64,000 nt of DNA from NCBI GenBank assembly GCA_035630335.1, contig DASQKV010000053.1, positions 12,063 to 76,062 on the forward strand, given 5' to 3'. Positions within the stretch are counted from its first letter, which is position 1, and every line of letters begins with the position of its first letter. Origin of the DNA: Thermoleophilaceae bacterium (GTDB lineage: Bacteria; Actinomycetota; Thermoleophilia; Solirubrobacterales; Thermoleophilaceae). The translations under genes and the position numbers were made by a program. Positions 18,008-29,164 of the stretch are shown here, piece by piece. The notes below the pieces were generated by a model. That model worked only from the letters and a program-made list of their open reading frames with translations, ran no database searches and was not told the DNA's origin.

Positions 18008-19651
18008 CTAGGTCGAGACGGTCTCGACGCCCAGCTCCTCGGAGATCGCGACGTCGAGCGAGTAGTCGATCGGCAGCACGATCAGCGACGGGACGTCGAG
18101 GGTGAGGGCGTGGCGGAGGCGGTCGCCGAAGCCGGCGGCGGAGTCGCAGCGCCAGGCGGGCATGCCGAAGCTCTCGGCGAGCTTGACGAAGTCCGGATTA
18201 GTGAAGTCGACGCCGAAGTGGCGGCCGAACTTCTTGTCCTGCTTCCAGACGATCGAGCCGTACTGGCTGTTCTCCCAGACGACGTTCACGATCGCGGTCT
18301 TCAGCCGCATCGCGGTCTCGAGCTCCTGGGCGTTCATCAGGAAGCCGCCGTCGCCGTTGACGGTGACGACCTTGCGCTGCGGGTGCACCAGCTTGGCGGC
18401 GATCGCCGCCGGCACGGCGAAGCCCATGCCGGCCAACCCGTTCGCGATCAGCACCGTGTTCGGCTCGTAGGCGGGGAACATCCGCCCGATCCAGAGCTTG
18501 TGCAGCCCGACGTCGGAGATCAGGATGTCCTCGCGCCCGAGCGCCTGGCGGATCTCCCACAGCGCGCGCGGCGGCTGGACGGGGAACGCGTCGTCGTCCT
18601 TGGCCGCCTCGAAGCGGCCGAGCACGACGTCGCGCAGGCGCGCCGAGCCGCCCTGGTGCGGCACGTGGCGGCACTCCTCCGCCAGCCGCGTGAGCGTGTG
18701 GTAGAGGTCGCCGACGAGCTCGACCTCGGGCATGAAGTACTCGTCGATCTCGGCGGGCAGCGAGTCGATGCAGACGATCCGCTTGTCGCGGCGCGGGTTC
18801 CAGTGCTCTGGCGAGTGCTCGACGAGGTCGTAGCCGATCGCGAGCACGACGTCGGCCTCGTCGAAGCCGGCCATCGAGTAGTCGCCCGACTGCAGCCCGA
18901 CCGAGCCGAGCGCCTTGGCGTTGTCATAGGGCAGCAGGCCCTTGCCCATGAACGTCTCGGCGACGGGGATGCCCGTAGCGCGCACGAACTCGCGCAGCGC
19001 CGGCGTCGCGCCGCCGCGGACGACGCCGTTGCCGGCCAGCGCGACCGGATTCAGCGCGCCGCGCACCAGGTCGGCGGCTCGCAGCAGCTCGCGCGCCTGC
19101 GGCTCGGGCGGCGTCACCTTGCGGCGCGGCAGCGGCGCGGCGTCGACCTCCGCCGCCATCACGTCCTCCGGCAGCTCGATGTGGGTCGCCCCCGGCTTCT
19201 CGCCCTCGGCGAGCTTGAACGCCTTGCGCACCACCTCGGGGATGATCTTCGGGTCCGACAGGCGCGCGTTCCACTTCGTGATCGGCCGCATCACGCGCAG
19301 CAGGTCGATGTACTGGTGCGACTCCTTGTGCATCCGCTCTAGGTCGCCCTGGCCGGTGAGCGCAACCAGCGGCGCACGGTCGAGGTAGGCATCGGCGACC
19401 GCGGTGACGAGGTTCAGCGCGCCCGGCCCGAGCGTGCCGAGACAGACGCCAGCGTGGCCGGTCAGGCGGCCGTAGACGTCGGCCATGTAGGCGCCACCCT
19501 GCTCGTGGCGAACCGGGATGAAGTCGACCGAGGACTGCGACAGCGACTCGTTGAGGTCGAGCGTCTCCTCGCCGGGGATGCCGAACACGTGCTTGACGCC
19601 CTCGGCCTCGAGGCACTCGACGAAGACGTCGGATGCGCGTCGCTTGGACAC
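18008..19651 (-). CDS. Acetolactate synthase-like thiamine-diphosphate enzyme (catabolic AlsS-like length)
   Basis: GIPGEETLDL near the N-terminus. TPP motif VNGDGGFLMNAQELETA. Start set at GTG 19651 (VSKRRASDVFVECLEAEGV). Confidence 0.85.
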   Translation of the reverse strand: MSKRRASDVFVECLEAEGVKHVFGIPGEETLDLNESLSQSSVDFIPVRHEQGGAYMADVYGRLTGHAGVCLGTLGPGALNLVTAVADAYLDRAPLVALTGQGDLERMHKESHQYIDLLRVMRPITKWNARLSDPKIIPEVVRKAFKLAEGEKPGATHIELPEDVMAAEVDAAPLPRRKVTPPEPQARELLRAADLVRGALNPVALAGNGVVRGGATPALREFVRATGIPVAETFMGKGLLPYDNAKALGSVGLQSGDYSMAGFDEADVVLAIGYDLVEHSPEHWNPRRDKRIVCIDSLPAEIDEYFMPEVELVGDLYHTLTRLAEECRHVPHQGGSARLRDVVLGRFEAAKDDDAFPVQPPRALWEIRQALGREDILISDVGLHKLWIGRMFPAYEPNTVLIANGLAGMGFAVPAAIAAKLVHPQRKVVTVNGDGGFLMNAQELETAMRLKTAIVNVVWENSQYGSIVWKQDKKFGRHFGVDFTNPDFVKLAESFGMPAWRCDSAAGFGDRLRHALTLDVPSLIVLPIDYSLDVAISEELGVETVST

Positions 19652-19727
19652 GCGGTCGAGACTATCGGGGCCGACGAGTCGCCATGCCTGAGTAGGCTGA
19701 TTCCCACCCGGGCAAGTCAGGAGAGCG

Positions 19728-21197
19728 ATGGCGATCGCGACCAGAGAGCAGGCTGTAGTCGACTCGGTCCCGAAGGGGCTGTTCATCGGCGGGGAGTGGC
19801 GCGAGGCGAGCGGCGCCAAGACGCTCGCGGTCGAGGACCCGGCGACGGGCGAGACGCTCTGCGAGGTCGCCGACGCGACGCCCGAGGACGCGAAGGCCGC
19901 GCTCGACGCGGCGTGTGCGGCGCAGGCGGACTGGGCCGCCCATCCGCCCCGCGAGCGCGGCGAGATCCTGCGGCGGGCGTTCGAGGAGATGACCGAGCGC
20001 GCCGACGAGCTGGCGCTGCTGATGACGCTCGAGATGGGCAAGTCGGTCAAGGAGTCGAAGGCCGAGATCTCCTACGCGGCGGAGTTCCTGCGCTGGAACG
20101 CCGAGCAGGCGGTGCGGATCGACGGCCGCTACTCGACGGCGCCCAACGGCGCCGGGCGGCTGCTGACGATGAAGCAGCCCGTGGGCCCGTGCCTGCTGAT
20201 CACGCCGTGGAACTTCCCGGCCGCGATGGGCACGCGCAAGATCGGCCCGGCGGTCGCGGCCGGCTGCACGATGGTCGTCAAGCCGGCGAAGCTGACGCCG
20301 CTGTCGATGCTCGCGTTGGCGCAGATCCTCGAGCGCGCGGGGCTGCCGGCGGGCGTGCTCAACGTCGTCACGGCGGCGTCGGCGAGCGCCGTCACCGGAC
20401 CGGTCATCGAGGACCCGCGCCTGCGCAAGCTGTCCTTCACCGGCTCCACCGAGGTTGGCCGCAAGCTGATCGAGCAGTCGGCGCCGAACGTGCTCAAGCT
20501 GTCGATGGAGCTGGGCGGCAACGCGCCGTTCATCGTCTTCGAGGATGCCGACCTCGACGCGGCGGTCGAGGGCGCGGTGATCGCCAAGCTGCGCAACATC
20601 GGCGAGGCGTGCACGGCGGCGAACCGCTTCCACGTGGCCGCCCCGATCGCCGGGGAGTTCGCCGAGAGGCTCGCGGAGAAGATGCGCGGCCTGAAGGTCG
20701 GCCGCGGTACCGAGGCCGACACCGACATCGGCCCGCTGGTGGACGAGGACACGCGCGAGAAGGTCGCCGACCTGGTGGCGGACGCGACCGGCAAGGGCGC
20801 GCGGGCGCTCGTCGGCGGCGCGCCCGTCGACGGGCCCGGCTACTTCTACGAGCCGACCGTGCTCGGGGGCGTCACCCCCGACGCGCGCGTCCTCGAGGAG
20901 GAGATCTTCGGCCCCGTCGCACCGGTGATCGCCTTCGACTCGGAGGACGACGCGATCGCCGCCGCCAACGACACCGAGTTCGGTCTCGTCGCCTACCTCT
21001 ACACGCGCGACTTCAAGCGCGCCATGCGCGTCTGCGAGGCGCTCGAGACCGGCATGGTCGGCCTCAACCAGGGAATCGTCTCCAACCCCGCGGCGCCGTT
21101 CGGCGGCGTCAAGCAGTCGGGCTTCGGCCGCGAGGGCGGGTACGAGGGAATCGAGGAGTACCTCGAGACCAAGTACGTCGCCATCAACATGGACTAA
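19728..21197 (+). CDS. gabD: NAD(P)-dependent succinate-semialdehyde dehydrogenase
   Basis: FTGSTEVGRKL, ELGGNAPFIVF, catalytic-Cys region IGEACTAANR. 489 aa. Confidence 0.9.
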   Translation: MAIATREQAVVDSVPKGLFIGGEWREASGAKTLAVEDPATGETLCEVADATPEDAKAALDAACAAQADWAAHPPRERGEILRRAFEEMTERADELALLMTLEMGKSVKESKAEISYAAEFLRWNAEQAVRIDGRYSTAPNGAGRLLTMKQPVGPCLLITPWNFPAAMGTRKIGPAVAAGCTMVVKPAKLTPLSMLALAQILERAGLPAGVLNVVTAASASAVTGPVIEDPRLRKLSFTGSTEVGRKLIEQSAPNVLKLSMELGGNAPFIVFEDADLDAAVEGAVIAKLRNIGEACTAANRFHVAAPIAGEFAERLAEKMRGLKVGRGTEADTDIGPLVDEDTREKVADLVADATGKGARALVGGAPVDGPGYFYEPTVLGGVTPDARVLEEEIFGPVAPVIAFDSEDDAIAAANDTEFGLVAYLYTRDFKRAMRVCEALETGMVGLNQGIVSNPAAPFGGVKQSGFGREGGYEGIEEYLETKYVAINMD

Positions 21198-21243
21198 CCC
21201 GAGACCCCGAGCGGCCTGGTGCGGGGAGACTCAGAGAAAGGGT

Positions 21244-21277
21244 GCGCCGGAGCCTGTGGGGGGAAGGGCTCCGGCGC
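21244..21277. terminator. Hairpin between convergent gabD and merR-family genes
   Basis: gcgccggagcc-(12 nt)-ggctccggcgc, an 11-bp stem. An A7 run at about 21320 would read as a T-tract on the minus strand. Confidence 0.5.
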
Positions 21278-21366
21278 GGCTACATCCCCCACTGTGGCCA
21301 CCGTTACCCAAAGCGGGCTAAAAAAATCAGTAAGCGGAGCTAAAGAAGCCTGGCCGGGAGCTCCAG

Positions 21367-22287
21367 CTAACGCTGCGCGGCGAGCCTGACGGCGGGCTTC
21401 GATCCGGTCGCGCCGTCGTCCGCCTCCTCGGCGTCCTGCACGACCTTCACATGCTCGATCTTGCCCGTGTCGACGTACTGCTTGAGCTTGTCAGCGGCCT
21501 CGATCGGCATCGAGCCGAGCGAGGGGATCGAGTGGTCGCCGCTGACGGGCATCGCCTCGCGGTACTCGAAGACCGGCGCCGCGGAGCCGACCTGGCGCAC
21601 GGTGTACACCAGCCTGCCGAGCACCTCGAGCGTCGCCTCGCCGCCGCAGAAGACGAACGCGGTCGGCGTCACGGCGCGCATCGCGCGCGCCACCCGCTCG
21701 GGCGGCAGGTCAAAGGACAACAGCAGCGTCGGGAAACCCGCGCGGCGGATCGCCAGCTCGAGCGCCTGGACCTGCAGCGACTCGAGGTCGAGGCGGTCGG
21801 AGGCGTCGAAGAGGATCACTCCCTGCGGGCGGGTCGCCTGCGGGACGACGCGGCGGGCGGCGTGGATCCACCCGGTCGCCCAGCGGGAGGCGAGCTCGAG
21901 CTCCGCCTCGCGGCCGTCGCGGCCTTCGGCTAGTTCGATGCCGGGCAGCAGTACCTCCTCGACCGATCGCTCGACCGAGCGCACGGCAAGGCTCTCCTCC
22001 ATCACGCGGTCGGCGGCGGCCTCGTCGAAGTGGTCGAAGGCGTCGAGCAGGCGGGCGGGGGAGCTGGGGCCCTCGCCGCGCTGGCGGGCGACCTCGATCG
22101 CCGAGCTGATGTTGTGCGTCTCCATCAGCGCACGGCGCAGCGCCTCGAGCTCTGTCAGGTCGTACTGGCGGTGGCCGCCGGCGGTGCGCCGCGGCTGCGG
22201 GTAGTCGAAGCGGCGCTCCCAGCTGCGCAGGGTGTTGGGGCTGACGCCGAGCAGCTCGGCTGCCGCATTGGTCCTGATCCCGCTCAT
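21367..22287 (-). CDS. MerR-family transcriptional regulator with a roughly 200-aa C-terminal domain
   Basis: AAELLGVSPNTLRSWERRFDYPQPRRTAGGHRQYDLTELEAL. Confidence 0.85.
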   Translation of the reverse strand: MSGIRTNAAAELLGVSPNTLRSWERRFDYPQPRRTAGGHRQYDLTELEALRRALMETHNISSAIEVARQRGEGPSSPARLLDAFDHFDEAAADRVMEESLAVRSVERSVEEVLLPGIELAEGRDGREAELELASRWATGWIHAARRVVPQATRPQGVILFDASDRLDLESLQVQALELAIRRAGFPTLLLSFDLPPERVARAMRAVTPTAFVFCGGEATLEVLGRLVYTVRQVGSAAPVFEYREAMPVSGDHSIPSLGSMPIEAADKLKQYVDTGKIEHVKVVQDAEEADDGATGSKPAVRLAAQR

Positions 22288-22477
22288 CCGTCGGTTCCTT
22301 TCTGTGCCACGCGGCCCGGTATGGACCGATCTCTCGCTCCGGTCCCTAGTCGGCCGTCGGGGCGGCGACCTTGAACGGAGTTGCGCCCCCGACCGCGCAG
22401 CCCATCCATAGCTTTGTGCCTCAGCAAGCGGCTTTGCGCAACCCCTGCAGCGGGAGTTGCAACGTTGGACGGATGTC

Positions 22478-22996
22478 CTAGCGGCGGCCGAAGTGCGTCG
22501 GCTCGACCGCCACCAGCGCTGCCCGCGGCGGTCCGCAGGTCGAGATCCGGCACGCCATCGTGCCGACGGCGTCGGCCTTCTCGCCGGTCAAGCGGGCGGG
22601 AATCGTCACGGGGTCGTGGACGCGCAGGGCGGCCTGGCCCACGGTGCGGGCGAGCTTGCGATCTCCGATCGGGCTCGACAGCAGGTCGGGCAGCCGGGTG
22701 CGCAGCAGCTTCTCCTCGGTACCGAAGATCGCTTCGCCGGCCTCGCTGACGGCCACCACCTCGAGCGAGTGCGTGACGACGAGGAAGGCGGTGCGTGCGC
22801 CCGGCAGCGCGGCAGGGCTGCAGCGCAGCAGCACGCCCATCCCGCAGACGCCGCAGACGCGCTGCTCGAACGGGCGCGGCTCGCCGGCGGGCGGATCGAT
22901 CGCCGGCTCGCCGCAGCGGCTGCAGAACCGCTTCTTGGCGGTCGGCTCGAGCGGGGCGGTCGGCTGTTCGTGGTCGGTGTGTGTCAGTCCAGGCAA
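22478..22996 (-). CDS. Hypothetical zinc-ribbon protein
   Basis: CSRCG...CGVCG. A TTG start at 22996 is preceded by gagggg. The upstream part of the track ORF (to 23230) looks non-coding. Weak assignment. Confidence 0.45.
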   Translation of the reverse strand: MPGLTHTDHEQPTAPLEPTAKKRFCSRCGEPAIDPPAGEPRPFEQRVCGVCGMGVLLRCSPAALPGARTAFLVVTHSLEVVAVSEAGEAIFGTEEKLLRTRLPDLLSSPIGDRKLARTVGQAALRVHDPVTIPARLTGEKADAVGTMACRISTCGPPRAALVAVEPTHFGRR

Positions 22997-23231
22997 GAGC
23001 GGAACCCCTCCTCGGGGCCAAGTCGAGGTCGACCGCCGAGGCCGGGCTCCCTCCCGTCGGCGGACACTTCGATGGGACCACGACTTGGGCGATCTCGCCC
23101 GCGCCGGTCCACCATTGCACCACTTCGCTCCGCGAGGCCGCGCAGGCGGCGTCGTCCGCGACATCTCGCGGAGGCCTGCGGCGCTTCCAATAGCCTGGGT
23201 CACCGCAACGGCGTCAGACCGAAGGAGCACG

Positions 23232-24554
<1,323 letters not shown>

Positions 24555-24594
24555 CCCGAGGCGCCACGCGCGCGGATGCCTTCACGGCGCGCGG

Positions 24595-25707
24595 CTAGTC
24601 CTCGCAACCGACCCCATCGCCGTTGCCGTCGAGGTCGTAGGGGTCGCTGCCGCTGACGCTGACCGGCCCGTCGACGTAGCGCGGCCCGTTGCCGCTGCCG
24701 CCCGCGCAGTCCACGTCCGGGCCTGGCAGCAGGCACGGGTCGTAGCCCTGGCAGTCGACCGATGATGGCGGCGGGCTCACCGGCGCTGGCGCTGGAGTCG
24801 GCCGCGGGCACTGCGACTTGGAACGCCGCGGCGTCGCGCCGCTCGTCTTGCGAATCCGGAACCTCAAGATCGCCAGCGAGCCGTCGCGGCTCACGACGGT
24901 GACGGTCCCTCGGAACCGCTGCACGACCACGCGCCCGCTGCAGACGTCGCGGTCGCGTGAGCGCAGGCGCACTCTGACCACCGCCCGGTTGCCGCGGGAG
25001 ACGACCCCGGGCGTCCGCGCCGACACGCTGAGCGAGCCGCGGTGGCTGGAGCGCCAGCGGCGGAAGCCATAGCCGAGCCGTCGCTTGGCCGGTGTTGCGA
25101 GCATCCGCCATGCGGCCCGGAACTGGTCGTTTGACACGCGCCGGTAGTAGCGGCGCGCGAACGCCTGCGCCGAGTGCCCGAGCGCGATCAGCCGCTCCTC
25201 TGGGCTCAGGTGGAAGTCGCCGCTGCAGTCGGTCCAGACCCCCTCCAGGGCCTCCTCCTCCGCCTCGCGATAGGAAGGCAGGCGCGCGAACTGTGGACTC
25301 GGCGCGAACGACGGAATGACAACGACGGTCGCCCAGCCCAGCCGGAGCATCTGGAGGCCGACGTCGAGCCCGTCGGCGCGGTCGACGTAGACGCGCGACT
25401 TGCCGTCCAAGGCGAGGCTCGGGACCGCGGGATCGGTCTCCAGCTCAACCGCCTGGCCCGCAACGAGCGCCTCGAGCGCGGCGCGGGCATCGCGGCCCCC
25501 ACACTCGCCCGGCTGCGGCGCGTCGATGCCGAGGATCCCCACCGGCACGTGACGGCCGTCCGCGGTGCGCGCCGTGAGGGTGTCGCCGTCGGTGACCGCC
25601 GTGACCGTCGCGGGTTGGGTCGTCTGACCTACCGCTGCCGAGGGCCCGACCGCACCGACCACCGCGAATGTCGCGACCGCCGCGACGAGCATGCTCCCCT
25701 TGCGCAT
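24595..25707 (-). CDS. Secreted thermonuclease (SNase)-like protein with a C-terminal Excalibur Ca-binding domain
   Basis: TVTAVTDGDTLTARTADGRHVPVGILGIDAPQ. C-terminus DPYDLDGNGDGVGCED. SD ggagg precedes ATG 25707. Confidence 0.8.
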   Translation of the reverse strand: MRKGSMLVAAVATFAVVGAVGPSAAVGQTTQPATVTAVTDGDTLTARTADGRHVPVGILGIDAPQPGECGGRDARAALEALVAGQAVELETDPAVPSLALDGKSRVYVDRADGLDVGLQMLRLGWATVVVIPSFAPSPQFARLPSYREAEEEALEGVWTDCSGDFHLSPEERLIALGHSAQAFARRYYRRVSNDQFRAAWRMLATPAKRRLGYGFRRWRSSHRGSLSVSARTPGVVSRGNRAVVRVRLRSRDRDVCSGRVVVQRFRGTVTVVSRDGSLAILRFRIRKTSGATPRRSKSQCPRPTPAPAPVSPPPSSVDCQGYDPCLLPGPDVDCAGGSGNGPRYVDGPVSVSGSDPYDLDGNGDGVGCED

Positions 25708-25768
25708 CCACCCTCCCCGGGCTTGCCTTCCACGACACATTGGAGGTCTGCGTCAACGACGCTTCCCA

Positions 25769-28700
25769 CTACTTGCGTTTGCGGCCCTTTTTCTTGGTTT
25801 GCTTGCAGGGGGTTTTGATCTTGATGTCGCGGTCGTGGCGGCGTCCGTTGTGGCTGTCCATGTCTGCCTCGGCGATTTGGCGTCCGCGGCAGATGTTGAT
25901 CTTTGCGCGGGCGGTTCTGGTGACGGTCACGATGCCGTTGGCGCCGCCTTTGATGTTGAGGTTGAACTTCTGGATCGGTGCGTCGGGGACGCCGGCGAAC
26001 GTGCTGACGAGCTTGCCTCGCTTTACGTTGGTTGTGCCCTTGAGGTTGACCGCGATCTCGCCTCTGAGGGCGGCGATGATCATCGGCAGCGTGCGGATCA
26101 CGTTGCCGGTCGGTCCGCGCCTGACGTTCTTGACGAAGTAGACGTTGCCGGCCACCGGACGGTTGAGCAGCGGCGAGACCGCTCGTGCGCGGCCGACGAT
26201 CGATCCCTTCGGGCAGTGGCGCTCGAGGTCGGGCTTGGTGCCGTCCTCGAACTCACACAGCGCCTGGGCGTTATCGGTGTCCAGCGCCAGCGACTTCGGC
26301 AACCGGACCTCGGCCTTGCGGATGCCCGCCTCGCCACGCTTCTGGGTCACCGCAGCCCGAACGCCGGGATGCTTGCCGGTCCGGGTCTGCTTGCGGCCGG
26401 TGAGTCGCAGCGCGAGCTTGGGGCGGAACCGCAATGACGGGCAACCGGATGCCTGGAAGAGCGCTGTGGCTCGTGCCTGGGTGCCTTGGGCGGAGGTGAA
26501 GTTCCCGACTACCTGCTTGGGCTCGCAGCTCGACGGGTTGAGCGTGAAGTTCGCCCGGTTGACGATCACCTTGACCTTACGCACCCGCAGCGGCACGCCT
26601 CGATGGATCAACGGGAACGGATCCGAGACCGCCGTGACTTGGGCGGTGGCGCGGTCGACGTGCAGGGCCTGGCGCACGACGATCGGCGGAAGCTCCTGGG
26701 CACCCCGGAACGGGCCCGCGACCCCGCGGATCTTGACCATCAGGCCATACGGAGCGCCCTTGTAGCCCTGGGTCAGGAACACCTCGCCCTTCTCCTCGAG
26801 CACGAACGGGTCCCCCGAGCCCGCGAGGGCGTCGACGATCCCGATCCTCGAACCCGGCGAGCAGGGCGCGCGATCGGGCCGCGGGTCGCTTCGCTGCAGC
26901 TGCTCGTACGCCGCAATCTGCGCGTTCGTACACAGCGGCACACCCCGCACGCGGGCCAGCAGGCCCTTGGGTAGATCCACCGACAACCCCTCGACCCATT
27001 GCTGGCCCTGCGGGCGGGTGAACTCGAACGTGAAGGTCCCGTTCGCTCGAGCTTGCTTGGTCGACATCCCGGCGTTGATCGTCGGGGCAAACCCGAACGA
27101 GCAGTCCCCGCCGACGGTGAACGGATCGCTCAAGGATCGCACCGGCCCGCCGGCGCCGTGCGCGGCGCTCCAGGGCGAGAAGATCGAGTCGATCGACCGT
27201 GCGCCACACGTCTGGGGCATCGCGAGAAGGCCCCGCTCGCCGCCTTGGATGTTCAGCTTGATGTTCTCGACCGGCACCCGCGGGTTCTTGTCGAAGGTCG
27301 CCGTCAAACGGCCGGTCGCCGGGTCGGCGACCGCCGATCCGTAGATCTTCGCCAGCAGCCCTCGCTCGACGTTCCTGAGCACGAGGAACATCCGCAGCAT
27401 CTCTCCGGATTGCGGGTCGGTCGACTTCGGCGCGCCGAGGAACACGTCGCCCGTGAGGTTCGGCGACCCCTCCAACAACGGCGTCGTCGCCTCGACCGTT
27501 CCGATCTTCGAAGCGTCGGGACACGTCGGCTCGGAGTTGTTGAACAGGTTCGGGTTGCCGATCTGACGCAAACCCATCTCGGCATCCGAACAGCCTTGGA
27601 GTCCGGTCGCACCAGAGGGGTTGAGAGACATCCCCTCGGGCAACGTCACGACCGACTTGTCCAAATGGGATGTCGCAAGCCCGTCCTGGGAGGACTCCGA
27701 GTATCGCCAGTGGTCCTCGGCAGCCGCGACGTACTCGTCGACCGCTGCCTCGGAAGCTCCCGGAGGCGGCGGGGCGAACGGCAGCTCGTCGTTGGGCGGG
27801 ATCGTGATGTTGGCGGCCAGTCCCGATGCCGAATCCGCGGCGGACGAGGACGGCTCGAACGTCGCGGACGGGTTAAACGGCACCTTCTCACAACCCGTTA
27901 TCGGCGGAGTCGGAGCCGCGTACTGCTTCCAGTCAGCGTCGGTCGGATCGGGGAAGCCGTCGACGAAAGCGCCAGGATGCTCGAAGGAGTCCGTCAAGAG
28001 CCTTGTCGACAGCTCTTGACCGGAGCACTCGGTCTGATTTGACAGGAACGGCTTGATCTCGCCCCAGGAGCGGTTATAGCCCACACGGAGATGGTCCGGG
28101 AGGCCGACTGGCGGAATCTCGCCCTGCGCCAGGACCGGGTCATCTGCTCCGTTCGGGCCCAGGCCGCTCCCGCTCCATCCTGTCGGAGGTCGCCAGAGAT
28201 CGTGTGACTCAGCCCATGGCGTGCCCCAGAGGGTGATCGACTGCGCCAGCAACGGCAGCGACGAAGGGATCTGCCCAGCGAACGCCGTGACTCCGAAGTC
28301 ACCGTTGGTCCGCGCCTTCGCGACGATCCGGACGCTCGTCGCATCCCCAGCAGTAGCGTTACCGAACCCGAACTCGGCGACATTGCCGTGACGCGGCTCG
28401 AGATTGAAGACCGCCAAGCGCTCCTCATTGGAAGAGCTGTAGTTGTGGGTGCCCGCGATCAGCGACCATGTCAGCAACGTGATGACCCCCACCTGCGTCT
28501 CAGGAGGACACGCGACCGGCCTGTGCGCGAACTGCTCGGCCGAGCACTTCGGCACCGCCGTCGGATCGCCGGTAAAGCCTGCGGGAAGCTCCGCGTAGAT
28601 GTTGTCAACCGACCCATCGGGAATGTCCGACCTGCCGGGCACCCGGCGAAACCACATCGTCGTCGACCCATCGGGATGCGCGCCCGCCTGGGTCACCGGA

Positions 28701-29164
28701 GCCAGTCGCCAAGAGGGCGGCTGTGTCGTCCAGAGCGACAACATGTCGCTCGGCGCCGGAGCCAGGCGGCCCCAGTCGATGCAGTGGTCCGGCACCTGTG
28801 GAGCCGCATCGGTCTCCACGTTCGTCGGACTCTCCGGCGGTGTCTCGGGAGTCCAGACGTAGTCCGGCCGAGTCCCGACTCCACCCGGGATATCGCCGAT
28901 GGGCGCCGTAGACAGGTCACACGCGCCGGCCCAGAATGCGCTGGTTCCCGGCGCTCCCTGCGCGCAAGCCTGCGCGTCGGGCGGTAAGCCCCCGTGGTAG
29001 AAGGCAGGAGCCTCAGGCTCTCCGTTGTCGCAATTCACATCAGCAATACCGAAACCGTCCCCGAACGCCGCCTGGCTGCTCTCCACCGTGACCGCCGCCA
29101 TGAGCGCCATGAAGAGCAACGCCAGCATGGCCACACCCTTGAAGTCGGACCTCATGCGAGTCAT
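25769..29164 (-). CDS. 1131-aa secreted protein of unknown function containing about four copies of a Cys-bearing module
   Basis: Signal peptide MLALLFMALMAAVTVESSQAAF. Repeated CPPETQVGVITLL, CPDASKIGTVEATTPLL, CSPGSRIGIVDALAG and CPKGSIVGRARAVSPLL. Lys/Arg-rich C-terminus. Start ATGA overlaps the stop of the upstream gene. Confidence 0.8.
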   Translation of the reverse strand: MTRMRSDFKGVAMLALLFMALMAAVTVESSQAAFGDGFGIADVNCDNGEPEAPAFYHGGLPPDAQACAQGAPGTSAFWAGACDLSTAPIGDIPGGVGTRPDYVWTPETPPESPTNVETDAAPQVPDHCIDWGRLAPAPSDMLSLWTTQPPSWRLAPVTQAGAHPDGSTTMWFRRVPGRSDIPDGSVDNIYAELPAGFTGDPTAVPKCSAEQFAHRPVACPPETQVGVITLLTWSLIAGTHNYSSSNEERLAVFNLEPRHGNVAEFGFGNATAGDATSVRIVAKARTNGDFGVTAFAGQIPSSLPLLAQSITLWGTPWAESHDLWRPPTGWSGSGLGPNGADDPVLAQGEIPPVGLPDHLRVGYNRSWGEIKPFLSNQTECSGQELSTRLLTDSFEHPGAFVDGFPDPTDADWKQYAAPTPPITGCEKVPFNPSATFEPSSSAADSASGLAANITIPPNDELPFAPPPPGASEAAVDEYVAAAEDHWRYSESSQDGLATSHLDKSVVTLPEGMSLNPSGATGLQGCSDAEMGLRQIGNPNLFNNSEPTCPDASKIGTVEATTPLLEGSPNLTGDVFLGAPKSTDPQSGEMLRMFLVLRNVERGLLAKIYGSAVADPATGRLTATFDKNPRVPVENIKLNIQGGERGLLAMPQTCGARSIDSIFSPWSAAHGAGGPVRSLSDPFTVGGDCSFGFAPTINAGMSTKQARANGTFTFEFTRPQGQQWVEGLSVDLPKGLLARVRGVPLCTNAQIAAYEQLQRSDPRPDRAPCSPGSRIGIVDALAGSGDPFVLEEKGEVFLTQGYKGAPYGLMVKIRGVAGPFRGAQELPPIVVRQALHVDRATAQVTAVSDPFPLIHRGVPLRVRKVKVIVNRANFTLNPSSCEPKQVVGNFTSAQGTQARATALFQASGCPSLRFRPKLALRLTGRKQTRTGKHPGVRAAVTQKRGEAGIRKAEVRLPKSLALDTDNAQALCEFEDGTKPDLERHCPKGSIVGRARAVSPLLNRPVAGNVYFVKNVRRGPTGNVIRTLPMIIAALRGEIAVNLKGTTNVKRGKLVSTFAGVPDAPIQKFNLNIKGGANGIVTVTRTARAKINICRGRQIAEADMDSHNGRRHDRDIKIKTPCKQTKKKGRKRK

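Noticed and set aside
17075-19342. A single 755-aa protein from the track ORF.
   Set aside because: Only the first roughly 230 codons show family similarity (AbiEi/DUF559). The true continuation is in another frame and ends at 17988. The remainder is antisense to the acetolactate-synthase-like gene.
21367-21900. A CarH-like cobalamin-binding domain in the C-terminal half of the MerR regulator.
   Set aside because: The Rossmann-like alternation is suggestive, but I cannot find the His-containing B12 ligand motif. The corresponding stretch reads DASDRLDLES. Not claimed.
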